47,713 nt of DNA from an uncultured Bacilli bacterium (GCA_944358725.1 CALVRS010000059.1:1-47713); one strand, 5' to 3'; positions 34,821 through 44,306 are shown, counted from the stretch's first letter. The notes: generated by a model from the letters alone, not told the origin. Program-made: numbers and translations.

Positions 34821-35720
34821 ATGAATGCACTTTTAGAAAAAACTGATAAACCGATTAAAAGACCAAATGATAAAGAATATATGATTTCTATGGCTGACTG
34901 TGTTTTTAAGTCAATTATTCAAGATTTAAAATTTCGAAGATTACTTTCTTTAATTATTGAAGAAGTTACTAATTATTCTCACAAGTTTGTCTATGATAAT
35001 TTAAAATTTATTAATACAGAGCTTCCTGTTAGTAATGCCTTTGAAAGAAAAAAGGTTACTGATATTTTAGCTGAAATAAATGGGACTACTTTAAATATTG
35101 AAGCCAATAGATCTTTAAAAAAGAGTCAAATAATAAAAAATAATTTATATCACCATAAAATAGCTATTGAGCAATATAATTCGGGAGAAAAGTTAGATGA
35201 CTGTGAAGTATTACAGATTAATTTTAATACTATTAAAAGATTTGGTGATCAATTATTTACAAATTTTTCTATGAAAAGTGATGATGGATTATATACAGAT
35301 GAAGAAAATTTTAAAAGAGTTCATATAAATATGGCTAATCCTTTAAAAAAGTATTATAATTTTGGTAAGGAGTCTCTTTCAAAAGTTGAGAAGGCTTTAG
35401 TAATATTTCAACTTATCGATAAGGAAGAGATTAAGAGGTTAGCTAAAGGAGATGAAGATTTAGAAAATATGGTTAAAATAATTGATGATTTAAATCAAAA
35501 CCCTAAAATTATTGGGTTATATGATAAGGAAGAAATGGACGAACTTATGAGAAATACTGATATAGATGAAGCTATTAAAGAAGGTCATAAAGAAGGTCTT
35601 GAACAAGGAATTAATAAAATAGCTAAAAATATGCTTAAAGCTAAAATGGATGTATCAGAAATTGCACAGCTTACAGGTTTATCAGAAAATGATATTATAA
35701 AAATAAAGTCTGAAAATTAA
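34821..35720 (+). CDS. Rpn-family recombination-promoting nuclease / putative transposase (PD-(D/E)XK)
   Basis: 'DCVFKSII', 'DILAEINGTTLNIEAN' and C-terminal 'IAKNMLKAKMDVSEIAQLTGLSENDI' are typical of Rpn/YhgA-like proteins. Confidence 0.7.
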   Translation: MNALLEKTDKPIKRPNDKEYMISMADCVFKSIIQDLKFRRLLSLIIEEVTNYSHKFVYDNLKFINTELPVSNAFERKKVTDILAEINGTTLNIEANRSLKKSQIIKNNLYHHKIAIEQYNSGEKLDDCEVLQINFNTIKRFGDQLFTNFSMKSDDGLYTDEENFKRVHINMANPLKKYYNFGKESLSKVEKALVIFQLIDKEEIKRLAKGDEDLENMVKIIDDLNQNPKIIGLYDKEEMDELMRNTDIDEAIKEGHKEGLEQGINKIAKNMLKAKMDVSEIAQLTGLSENDIIKIKSEN

Positions 35721-35733
35721 AAGGTTTCAGACT

Positions 35734-35949
35734 TTATTTATTGATTTTTTTGTTTTTGGTTCTTTCTAACATATAATCAATACTGACACTATAAAAATCA
35801 GCTAATTTTATTAGTAAATCAACTGGTATATCTCTTTTGCCACTTTCATATAGACCATATTGTTGTCTTGTTATTTTAAGCAAGTTAGCTATTTGTTTTT
35901 GATATAAGTCATGATCTATTCTTAAATCTTTTATTCGTTTAAAATACAT
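35734..35949 (-). CDS. XRE-family HTH regulator
   Basis: 'MYFKRIKDLRIDHDLYQKQIANLLKITRQQYGLYESGKRDIPVDLLIKLADFYSVSIDY'. Start moved to ATG 35949. Confidence 0.8.
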   Translation of the reverse strand: MYFKRIKDLRIDHDLYQKQIANLLKITRQQYGLYESGKRDIPVDLLIKLADFYSVSIDYMLERTKNKKINK

Positions 35950-36076
35950 AAAGTAAGCCCCTTTAATAAATAATAACAATAATTTAATTTTTATCTTTGT
36001 TAAGCATTTATTTGAGTGCTCTATGAAAATATAAAAATAAAACCTATTATAATTTAATTATGGTAGGAGGAAAGTT

Positions 36077-36763
36077 ATGGAAAGAATTATAAATAAATTA
36101 AAAGTTTCAAAGAAAAATATTATTTGTTTTATATTGGGCGCCATTATATTTAGCGCTATTAGTGTGTATGCAGCGACATATTTTCCTTCTAATCAGGTAA
36201 CTTATAATAATAGTGCAAGTGGGCTTTCATCTACTAATGTTCAAGGCGCGATAGATGAACTTTATAATACTTGTTCTTCAGCTGTATCTTCAGGAGATTA
36301 TTTGTATTATGCTGTGAATAGTTATACTAGTGTTGCTATGACAATTGGTCCTAGTGGTGGAAAACTTTATAGATGTAATGTAGACGGAAATAGTTGTACT
36401 AGTGTATATTCTGTTAGTTCTATGAGTAGTATAGATGCAATTTATGTAAATAATAAATATTTATATTATGCAGTAAATAATTATATTCGTAATAGTGGTG
36501 GTACGGCTGTTGGGCCTAAAGGAGGAACTCTTTATAGATGTAATATTGATGGAAGTGGTTGTACAGGCGTAGGTAATTGTACTGATGCAAGTGGTATTGA
36601 CACAATTTATGGAAATAGTGATTATTTGTATTATGCTGTGAATAGTTATACTAGTAATTTTCAGTCAATTGGTCCTAGTGGTGGAAAACTTTATAGATGT
36701 AATGTAGATGGAAATAGTTGTACGAGTATTAAAAATATTGGTGGTACTAGTAGTTTTAGTTAA
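36077..36763 (+). CDS. membrane-anchored protein: same conserved head plus three 54-aa DUF5050-like repeats
   Basis: TM anchor, then 'AATYFPSNQVTYNNSASGLSSTNVQGAIDELY'. Repeats read 'YLYYAVNSYTS..GPSGGKLYRCNVDGNSCTS'. Units 1 and 3 are near-identical at nucleotide level (36296-36402 vs 36620-36726). Confidence 0.55.
   Translation: MERIINKLKVSKKNIICFILGAIIFSAISVYAATYFPSNQVTYNNSASGLSSTNVQGAIDELYNTCSSAVSSGDYLYYAVNSYTSVAMTIGPSGGKLYRCNVDGNSCTSVYSVSSMSSIDAIYVNNKYLYYAVNNYIRNSGGTAVGPKGGTLYRCNIDGSGCTGVGNCTDASGIDTIYGNSDYLYYAVNSYTSNFQSIGPSGGKLYRCNVDGNSCTSIKNIGGTSSFS
36170..36265 (+). repeat. 96-nt segment shared with 27755-27850
   Basis: See 27755-27850. Confidence 0.85.
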
Positions 36764-36773
36764 TAAAATTTAA

Positions 36774-36811
36774 AAACGATAAAATTGTGTTTTCTAATTT
36801 ATCGTTTTTTT
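36774..36811 (+). terminator. intrinsic terminator
   Basis: 10-bp stem aaacgataaa/tttatcgttt followed by a T-run. Confidence 0.75.
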
Positions 36812-36862
36812 AATTATGTATTTTATTAGTTTTAAGGTATAATATTATTGGAGGAAAGTTGT

Positions 36863-38137
36863 ATGGATATAGATAAAATAATTAAAGAAAATGATTTTGT
36901 TATAAGCAATAATGAAGAGTATAAAGGAAAAAATGTTGTTATTATTAAAGATAGTACAGAATTTTTAAAGTGGTTTATGGGTGATAAAAGTTTATTTTCA
37001 AAGAAAATAGGTTTTATTATGGATGATGAAGGAGAAGTAAAAAAAATAGAGGTTTTATATAATTTTTTAAAGTATTATTTATCTGTTAAAGACAAATTTA
37101 TTTTAAAAATGGAAGATTACAACAGTTTATTTGTTAAAGGATATAGTAATAGATTTTTAGAGGAAGCTTTAGAACAATTTGTTTCTAGTAATAAAGGTGG
37201 TAAGTTTTTAAGAGCTTCTTTAATTGCACTTGGTTATCAAAGCTGTGGAAATGATGATGATAAGTATTTACCTTTGGGAATTGCTTTAGAGTTATTTCAG
37301 ACATCTATTTTAATTCATGATGATATTATTGATAAGGCAGATAAAAGAAGAGGTATGGATACAATTCCTTTAAAGTATCAAAAATTATATAGTGATCCGA
37401 TTAAATGTGATAAGAGTTTTGAAGATAAACGCAAGGATATTGGCACATCTATGGCTTTATGTTTAGGAGATATGGGTTTTTATTTAGCTTTGCAAGTTAT
37501 TGCCCAAAATTATAAAGATAATGAGAATTTAGGCAGGGTATTAGAGTATTATAATTCAGTTGCAATTAAGACTTGTGAAGGAGAAATGGTAGATGTTATT
37601 TTACCTTTTTACGAGGAATTTTTTGACAGTTTTGATGATTTAGAGAGTCATGTTATGGAAATTTATAAGCTTAAGACAGCTTGGTATACGGTAGTTGGAC
37701 CTTATTGTTTAGGGGCTATATTAGGTGGACTTTCTTCTGATAAGGTACAAAGACTTGAAGAGGCTTTACTTGGTTTAGGAATTGCTTTTCAAATAAAGGA
37801 TGATTTACTTGGTATATATGGCGATGAGGCTCATATTGGAAAATCTGTGACTTCGGATGTTAAGGAGTTTAAACAGACTATTTTATATTCTTATGTAGTT
37901 AATACGGAGTATAAAGATGAACTTTTGAAGTATTATGGCAAGGATATTAAGGTATCTGATATGGATAAAATTAAGGATATTTTTGATAAATCAGGAGCTT
38001 ATGATTATGCTCATAAAATGATGGACAAGTTATTTAAAGATAGTTTTCAAGCTATTTTAGATTTAGAGTTTTTAGATTTAGATAAGAAAAAAATATTATT
38101 AGGATTTGCGGAGTATTTAAAGGTTAGATCTAAATGA
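36863..38137 (+). CDS. polyprenyl diphosphate synthase with ~100-aa N-terminal extension
   Basis: FARM 'LIHDDIID' and SARM 'FQIKDDLLG'. GGAGG RBS before ATG 36863. Confidence 0.85.
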   Translation: MDIDKIIKENDFVISNNEEYKGKNVVIIKDSTEFLKWFMGDKSLFSKKIGFIMDDEGEVKKIEVLYNFLKYYLSVKDKFILKMEDYNSLFVKGYSNRFLEEALEQFVSSNKGGKFLRASLIALGYQSCGNDDDKYLPLGIALELFQTSILIHDDIIDKADKRRGMDTIPLKYQKLYSDPIKCDKSFEDKRKDIGTSMALCLGDMGFYLALQVIAQNYKDNENLGRVLEYYNSVAIKTCEGEMVDVILPFYEEFFDSFDDLESHVMEIYKLKTAWYTVVGPYCLGAILGGLSSDKVQRLEEALLGLGIAFQIKDDLLGIYGDEAHIGKSVTSDVKEFKQTILYSYVVNTEYKDELLKYYGKDIKVSDMDKIKDIFDKSGAYDYAHKMMDKLFKDSFQAILDLEFLDLDKKKILLGFAEYLKVRSK

Positions 38138-38733
38138 TTAAGAAAATATTTTTAGTTTTTGTTATGTTATTTTTAGTTGGCTGTGGGATGGAAACTAAAG
38201 TTATTTCTTCAGCTGATGGAGATTCAAAGACTTATTTATTTTTTAAAGATTTTAATCCTAATAGTTATTATGTAGAGTTTTTTGACAGAAATACTCATAA
38301 AAATGATGGTACAAAGATAATTATGGCTCGTGATTTGGACAAGTATTATTATGAGATTAATGGCTCTAGTAAAATGATAAATATTTGGAAGGATGGATAT
38401 GTTTATACTTTAGATGTTCAAATGAAAAATTATAATGTGATGCAAGGCCCAGTTACAGATTATGCATATGGTGTTTTACCTAATGATATGAAATCTCTTA
38501 GGGTATCTGGTTATGAAACTGGCCAGGAGAAAATTTATGGTAAGCGATATGTTTATGAGAAGTATAAGCATGATAATGAGGAGACTATATATTATTTTGA
38601 TGGGGATAATTTAGTTTATATTAGATATAAAGGAATTGAACGAAGTGTATTTTTTAAGTTTAATTTGAAAAAGGATAAGGTTGATAGCTCTTTATTTGAG
38701 ATTCCTTCTGATTATATAGAAATTACATATTGA
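38134..38733 (+). CDS. lipoprotein, function unknown
   Basis: Lipobox 'LVGCG'. ATGA overlap with the upstream gene. Confidence 0.5.
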   Translation: MIKKIFLVFVMLFLVGCGMETKVISSADGDSKTYLFFKDFNPNSYYVEFFDRNTHKNDGTKIIMARDLDKYYYEINGSSKMINIWKDGYVYTLDVQMKNYNVMQGPVTDYAYGVLPNDMKSLRVSGYETGQEKIYGKRYVYEKYKHDNEETIYYFDGDNLVYIRYKGIERSVFFKFNLKKDKVDSSLFEIPSDYIEITY

Positions 38734-38784
38734 ATTGTTTACATGAAGATTATTTCATGATAAGATTTAGTTGGAGGCGAAGAT

Positions 38785-39873
38785 ATGAAAAAAGTTTTTA
38801 AATTATTTTTAGTAATTTCTCTTACTTTTATGTTTAATTTTAGTGTTTTTGCGAAAGAGATTGATCATTTTAAAGGGGAGGTTAATGAAAATGCGGAGAT
38901 AAAAGATGATATTAAGGGATCTACTATAGTGGCTGGTAATAATGCTTCAATGAAAGGAAAGGCTGATGGTGTTAGTTTTATAATAGGTAATGTTACATCT
39001 TTTACAGGGGAAAGTGAATATTTAGCTAGTGCAGGCAATTCTGTTTTAGTTAAAGGCATAATTAATAAAGATGCTTTTATTGCGGGTAATATAATTGATA
39101 TTGATAAGAAAGCTGATTTAAAAAGAGATGTAATTGTTGCTGGCGCTGATGTAACTATAAGTGGTAAAATCGGCCGAAATATTAGTATATACGCATCTAA
39201 TATTAAGTTTGATGGAGCTTTGATTACTGGTAATGTTAAGCTTTATGCTACAAGTATAGAAATAGATAAAGATACATCTATTGGTGGAAATTTATCTTAT
39301 CCGAAAGATGCTAATATAGATATGAATGATGATACTGTTTTAGGTAAGGTTATTAAAACGGACTCTATTAGTAATGAAGATGAAGGTTTTATGAATGTTT
39401 TGATGGGCAAGTTTTGGTCATTTATGTCACTTATTTTAGTTTTTGCAATTTTAAGTTTAGTGGCTTCTAAGTTATTTATAAGGGTTCAGAAGGAATATGA
39501 TAAGTTCGATTTGAACCGTGGGCTTGAGACATTTACAAAGGGACTTATGTTTTTAATTTTTGTACCTATTATTATTTTTGTTTTATTTATGATGTCGATT
39601 GGCATTCCACTTTCACTTATTTTACTTGCTTTATATTTTATTATTATGTATTTATCTACTATGTTTACTGGATATTTACTTGGTTATAAGTTATGGCAGA
39701 GATTTTTCAATAAGGATATAAATATGCTTGTGATTGGTATTTTTGGGCTTGCAATTTTATTTATTTGTAGTTTGATTCCAGGTATTAGTTTTATTGTTTC
39801 AGCACTTTCTACTGTTGTTGGTATTGGTATAATATATGATGTTATTTTAAAGAAAATTGGCTCTAATGATTAG
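38785..39873 (+). CDS. membrane protein with bactofilin-like beta-helical repeats and C-terminal TM bundle
   Basis: Signal peptide. Repeated 'G.....V.G.I..D..IAG' units as in polymer-forming cytoskeletal/bactofilin folds. About 4-5 C-terminal TM helices. Confidence 0.45.
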   Translation: MKKVFKLFLVISLTFMFNFSVFAKEIDHFKGEVNENAEIKDDIKGSTIVAGNNASMKGKADGVSFIIGNVTSFTGESEYLASAGNSVLVKGIINKDAFIAGNIIDIDKKADLKRDVIVAGADVTISGKIGRNISIYASNIKFDGALITGNVKLYATSIEIDKDTSIGGNLSYPKDANIDMNDDTVLGKVIKTDSISNEDEGFMNVLMGKFWSFMSLILVFAILSLVASKLFIRVQKEYDKFDLNRGLETFTKGLMFLIFVPIIIFVLFMMSIGIPLSLILLALYFIIMYLSTMFTGYLLGYKLWQRFFNKDINMLVIGIFGLAILFICSLIPGISFIVSALSTVVGIGIIYDVILKKIGSND

Positions 39874-39917
39874 GGGCCTTTTTTTTAATGTTTCATATAA
39901 TATGGTGGGGTGATAAT

Positions 39918-40373
39918 ATGTATACTATATACCAAGTTAAAAATGGAGATACTTTAGCTAGTGTGGCTAGTGAGTTTAATATTTCTCCAAATGAGCTTGC
40001 TAGTTTAAATGGAGTTATGGTTTCCAGTATTCTTTCGCCTGGCGATTTTATTGTGGTACCACAAAAGAGCAAGAGTAATCCATATTTTAGGGAGTATATA
40101 ATTAAAAAGGGTGACAATATTTATGAAATTGCTAGAGCAAATAATGTTAATTTTAGTCAACTTTTAAGATTAAATGGTTTAAATGATACGGATATGGTTT
40201 ATCCTGGTCAGAAGATTATGCTTCCGAAGGCTGATGTTTTATTTTATATTACTGGCGAGGATGATACTTTCGATGATTTAATGCGATTTTTTAATGCGAG
40301 TGCGAATGATATAACACGTCAAAATAAGATTATTTATTTGACTAATGATCAACTTATTGTTTATAAAAAATAA
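39918..40373 (+). CDS. LysM-domain peptidoglycan-binding protein (two LysM)
   Basis: 'YQVKNGDTLASVASEFNISPNELASLNG' and 'YIIKKGDNIYEIARANNVNFSQLLRLNGL'. Confidence 0.8.
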   Translation: MYTIYQVKNGDTLASVASEFNISPNELASLNGVMVSSILSPGDFIVVPQKSKSNPYFREYIIKKGDNIYEIARANNVNFSQLLRLNGLNDTDMVYPGQKIMLPKADVLFYITGEDDTFDDLMRFFNASANDITRQNKIIYLTNDQLIVYKK

Positions 40374-40442
40374 AGTTTTCGGGCTTTGTTTTTTATTTGT
40401 GTTTTGTTTTTTTTTGTTATATAATGTTAATGGTGGTAAAAT

Positions 40443-40847
40443 ATGAAAAAGATATTTATTTTAATTGTTATATTGTTTATGTTTACAGGCTGTGGTAGGT
40501 CTAGTTATGATGAGATAAGCTATAGTGAATTAGACAGTATGATAGATAAAAAAGAAGATTTTATTTTATTTATTGGTTCTAGTGGTTGTACAGCATGTGC
40601 GGCTTATAAAGTTACATTAGACGACATTATAAAAGAGTATAATATAGATGTTAAGTATATAGATTTATTAGAACTTTCTGATAAGGAAGAGGCTTCACTT
40701 ATGAGTGAGTTTCCTATAACTGGTACGCCGACTACTATATTTATTACCGATGGAGTTGAGGAAGATACACATAACAGAATTGATGGTAATTTAAAAAAGA
40801 GTAAAATTATTGAAAAATTAAAAGAAAATGGTTATATAAAGGATTGA
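40443..40847 (+). CDS. thioredoxin-fold lipoprotein (CxxC)
   Basis: Lipobox 'FTGCG'. 'GSSGCTACAAYK' CxxC. 'TGTPTTIF' cis-Pro-loop-like block. Confidence 0.65.
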   Translation: MKKIFILIVILFMFTGCGRSSYDEISYSELDSMIDKKEDFILFIGSSGCTACAAYKVTLDDIIKEYNIDVKYIDLLELSDKEEASLMSEFPITGTPTTIFITDGVEEDTHNRIDGNLKKSKIIEKLKENGYIKD

Positions 40848-40852
40848 TAATA

Positions 40853-41851
40853 ATGAATGAAAATAATTTAAATAATATTAATGGAATAACTCCACTTGAT
40901 CCTGAGAAGTATCCAATTATTACTAATTACTGTGATAATTTAACTGCTAAGGAGTATATTACTAATCCGGCTATTGCGCGTGAGGAGGAGATTAAAAAGA
41001 CGATGCTTGTTTTACTTACGCCAGATAAATCAGCTTTGCTTATTGGTAAGCCTGGTATTGGTAAAACAGCGATTGTTGAAGGTATTGCTTATAAAATTCA
41101 AAGAGGTGATGTACCTAATAGTTTAAAGGGTTTTAATATTGTAAAGGTCAACTCTTCTTCTATGCTTGGTACGATGGTGGTTAATGGTAAACCAGAGTCG
41201 GTTGTTAATTTGCTTGTATCAGAACTTAAAAGAGCACCTAAAACTATACTTTTTATTGATGAAGTACATACTTTAATTGGTGGTGCTTCTGATGGGCCGA
41301 TGGATTTGGCTAATATTTTAAAACCAGCTTTGGACCGTGGCGATATTAAAGCAATTGGAGCGACAACGACGATTGAGTATGAAACTTATATTGTTCGAGA
41401 TAGAGCATTTTTAAGACGTTTTGATAGAATTGATGTTTTGGAACCTGATAGAGAGGCTACTATTCAAATTTTACTTGGAACTATTCCTAAGATTGAATAT
41501 AAAACTGGTATTAAGATGATTCAAAATAATTTTATTAGACGTTTACTTATGGAGTCTATTGTCGATGCGACTAGTCAATATAAGAGGGTATATGGTTTAT
41601 CTGCAATGTATCCAGATGTTTCTCTTTCTGTACTTTCTGGTTCTTTTTCAAATGCTTTATTTGAAAATAAGGAAGAAGTTGGTATATTAGATGTTTATAT
41701 AGCGATACGTGACAGTAAACGTATTTATCCTGATAGTAGGGTTAAAGAATGCACGGCTTTTAGGGAAAAATTTTTACGTATTTGTGAGGAGAGAAAAATT
41801 ATTTTACCTGATGTTAAATTAGAAGATATTGATGTAGAAGATGAACTTTAA
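40853..41851 (+). CDS. stand-alone AAA+ ATPase homologous to the Clp/Hsp100 D1 module
   Basis: 'LIGKPGIGKTAIVEGIAYKI' (Walker A), 'ILFIDEVHTLIG' (Walker B), 'LKPALDRGDIKAIGATT' and 'RAFLRRFDRIDVLEP' follow ClpA/B/C D1 closely. No N-domain, M-domain or D2. Confidence 0.75.
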   Translation: MNENNLNNINGITPLDPEKYPIITNYCDNLTAKEYITNPAIAREEEIKKTMLVLLTPDKSALLIGKPGIGKTAIVEGIAYKIQRGDVPNSLKGFNIVKVNSSSMLGTMVVNGKPESVVNLLVSELKRAPKTILFIDEVHTLIGGASDGPMDLANILKPALDRGDIKAIGATTTIEYETYIVRDRAFLRRFDRIDVLEPDREATIQILLGTIPKIEYKTGIKMIQNNFIRRLLMESIVDATSQYKRVYGLSAMYPDVSLSVLSGSFSNALFENKEEVGILDVYIAIRDSKRIYPDSRVKECTAFREKFLRICEERKIILPDVKLEDIDVEDEL

Positions 41852-41867
41852 TATAAGGAGGGCTCAG

Positions 41868-42386
41868 ATGGAAAAGAAAATACCAATTAAAAATTATGTG
41901 ATTTTAGCTTTAGTATTTACGATAAGTATTTTAGCAGTTTTTTATGCACGGGTTTGGTATAATACGACTAAGGAATATTATGCTCAAAATTCGGTTATGA
42001 CAAAGTCTATTATGGAGATTAAATATAGTGAAGAGATTTCTAGTTATATTTTAGAAAATCAAAGGTTAATTTTATATGCGTCTTCTGGTAAAGATTTTCA
42101 GATTAAGGATTTTGAGGATGATTTTAGAGATTTAGTTATAAAGTTGGATGTGACCGATGAGATGCTTTATATGAATTTAGATGGTATTGATACTGATAGT
42201 TTTTACAATTTATTAAGAAATGATTTTGCAAGTAATTCTAAGATTAAAAATCAAATTGTTAATTCTAGTGCGAGCCTTTATTTATTTACAAATGGCAAAT
42301 TGACTAATGTTTTAAATAATGTTGATGATTATTCTATTAAAAGATTAGAAATTATTATGGAAAGTTGGGTGGCAGATAATGCTTAA
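41868..42386 (+). CDS. membrane-anchored thioredoxin-like protein lacking CxxC
   Basis: AGGAGG RBS and TM anchor. 'LILYASSGKD' occupies the position of the CxxC block seen in the 40443 product. Confidence 0.4.
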   Translation: MEKKIPIKNYVILALVFTISILAVFYARVWYNTTKEYYAQNSVMTKSIMEIKYSEEISSYILENQRLILYASSGKDFQIKDFEDDFRDLVIKLDVTDEMLYMNLDGIDTDSFYNLLRNDFASNSKIKNQIVNSSASLYLFTNGKLTNVLNNVDDYSIKRLEIIMESWVADNA

Positions 42387-42885
42387 TGTGGTTCTTTACG
42401 AGCCTGAGATTCCGCAAAATACAGGAAATATTATGCGAACATGTGCGGCGACTAATACTCATCTTCATTTAATTAAACCTTTAGGTTTTAGTTTAGATGA
42501 AAAAGTTGTTAAAAGAAGTGGCGCTAATTATATAAATGATTGCAATTATACTTTATATGAGAATTTTGATGATTTTTTAAGTAAAAATAATGGCGATTTT
42601 TATTTTTTGACGCGTTATGGTCGGAAGGCTCATTCATCTTTTGATTATAGTGATAAAAGCAAAAATATTTATTTAGTTTTTGGTAAGGAAAGCACGGGAA
42701 TTCCGAAGGAAATTTTAAAAGATCATTTAGATAGATGTTTACGTGTACCAATGACTAATAAGGTTAGGGCTTTAAATTTATCTAATACGGTGGCTATTAT
42801 GGTTTACGAGGTTTTAAGGCAGCAAAATTATCCTAATTTACTTTTCGAAGAACCTTTTAAAGGCCCCGATTATTTAGAAAAATAG
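42379..42885 (+). CDS. trmL: tRNA (cytidine/uridine-2'-O)-methyltransferase TrmL (SpoU family)
   Basis: 'VVLYEPEIPQNTGNIMRTCAA', 'VFGKESTGIP' and 'RALNLSNTVAI'. Confidence 0.9.
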   Translation: MLNVVLYEPEIPQNTGNIMRTCAATNTHLHLIKPLGFSLDEKVVKRSGANYINDCNYTLYENFDDFLSKNNGDFYFLTRYGRKAHSSFDYSDKSKNIYLVFGKESTGIPKEILKDHLDRCLRVPMTNKVRALNLSNTVAIMVYEVLRQQNYPNLLFEEPFKGPDYLEK

Positions 42886-42943
42886 TATTGAAATATGTTT
42901 AAAAAGATGTTATTATTTTTTTAAAGTAGGAAGGAGCGTTTAT

Positions 42944-43387
42944 ATGGATTTTTCAAATTGGATTATTTGGGCTATTATAGCTGTTATTTTGGTGGTTTTA
43001 GCTTTGATTGGCTATATATCAGAGAGTATGAAAAAGTCTAAAAATAAGGACAATAATTCTTCTTTAGAAGGTAACAATACTTCAAATGTTTCTGCAAAGC
43101 AGGAGACTACTGCTTCAGTAAATGTTACTCCTATACAGACAGTTACGCCAGCTGAAAGTGTTGTACCTACGCCATCTGTTAGTGCGGAGCCTATTAGTAC
43201 TTTGACAGAAAGTCAAACTGTAGCACCAGTAGAGACTTTGAATACAGATATGCCGGAAACTAATGTTAATGTTGTTTCAGAAACTTCATCTTCTCCAGTG
43301 TTACCTGAGGTTACACCTTTGCCTTCGGAGATTCAAAGTTCTGATATTTCAGCATCTAAGCCTGATGATAATGTATGGAATTCTTAA
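42944..43387 (+). CDS. membrane-anchored low-complexity (S/T/P/V-rich) protein
   Basis: One TM then a disordered S/T/P/V-rich tail. Terminator aaggcaaa/tttgcctt plus T-run at 43386-43409. Confidence 0.4.
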   Translation: MDFSNWIIWAIIAVILVVLALIGYISESMKKSKNKDNNSSLEGNNTSNVSAKQETTASVNVTPIQTVTPAESVVPTPSVSAEPISTLTESQTVAPVETLNTDMPETNVNVVSETSSSPVLPEVTPLPSEIQSSDISASKPDDNVWNS

Positions 43388-43496
43388 GGCAAATTTTGCC
43401 TTTTTTTATGCGGCTTTTTAGTGATGTGTAAAAATAAAGGGTTTTACCTTTGACTTAAGTGTGATATAATTAATTAAGTTAGATGGAGGTTATTTA

Positions 43497-44306
43497 ATGA
43501 CTATAGAGACTTTGACAGAATTAGCCCGAAAAATATTAGATATTTTACTTGTCTGGGCCTTATTTTATTTTATTTTAAAAAGTTTAAGAAAAAATGTTAA
43601 AATGATTATGCTTTTTAAAGGTATTTTGATTATTGTAATTACAAAGATTTTAGCTGATGTTTTAGATTTGGTAACTATTGGTTATTTAATTGATTATGTA
43701 ATTGAGTGGGCACCTTTAGCGCTTATTGTTATTTTTCAGCCAGAGATTAGAGATGCTTTGGAGCAACTTGGAAGGGCACAATTACTTGGAAGGCATAAGA
43801 CTCTTTCTTTGACCGAACTTGAGAAGTCGATTGCGGAAATTACCAGTGCGGCTGATTATATGCGTAAGATGCATATTGGAGCTTTGATTGTTATTGAAAG
43901 AGAGAATAGTTTAGCTAGTTATGCTCAAAAAGCACAGAAGGTTTATGCGGATATTTCTGGACCACTTTTATCTTCAATCTTTTTTACGAATAATCCACTT
44001 CATGATGGTGGAGTAATTATTCGTGGAGATAAGATTATTTGTGCGGGAGCAGTATTTCCTACTAGTGATAGTATGGCAATAAGTAAAAGATTGGGTACGC
44101 GTCATAGAGCGGCTTTAGGTATTGCGGAGCGTACTGATGCGATAGCTTTAGTTGTTTCTGAGGAAACTAGTAGAATATCTATTGCGATGAATGGCGAACT
44201 TATTTATAATTTATCTTTGGATGAGGTTAGAATTCGTCTATTAGAGGCACTAGCGCCTTCACATAAAATTTTAAGTGAAGCGAAAGAAGGTGGCATAAAT
44301 GAATAA
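43497..44306 (+). CDS. cdaA: diadenylate cyclase CdaA
   Basis: Three N-terminal TM segments. DAC-domain motifs 'HDGGVII' and 'GTRHRAALG'. Confidence 0.9.
   Translation: MTIETLTELARKILDILLVWALFYFILKSLRKNVKMIMLFKGILIIVITKILADVLDLVTIGYLIDYVIEWAPLALIVIFQPEIRDALEQLGRAQLLGRHKTLSLTELEKSIAEITSAADYMRKMHIGALIVIERENSLASYAQKAQKVYADISGPLLSSIFFTNNPLHDGGVIIRGDKIICAGAVFPTSDSMAISKRLGTRHRAALGIAERTDAIALVVSEETSRISIAMNGELIYNLSLDEVRIRLLEALAPSHKILSEAKEGGINE

Noticed and set aside
27671-36763. Prophage remnant, suggested by the tail-fibre-like 'NVQGAIDELY' heads and XRE repressors
   Set aside because: No capsid, portal, terminase, tail tube, tape-measure or lysis genes lie between or around them. The intervening genes are DedA, VanZ and flavoproteins. 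I kept these as stand-alone modules instead.
5749-41867. N-terminal extensions in the ORF track for truA, the 7806 gene, the 8349 methyltransferase, the RluA gene, cwlD, Abi_2, Fic, ARH, thrS, the 27671 gene, the 30894 flavoprotein, the 35979 XRE gene, the polyprenyl synthase, the LysM gene, the AAA+ gene and the 41841 gene
   Set aside because: In each case an internal ATG preceded by a GGAGG-like RBS coincides with the start of family-conserved sequence. The upstream codons overlap promoters, terminators or repeats.
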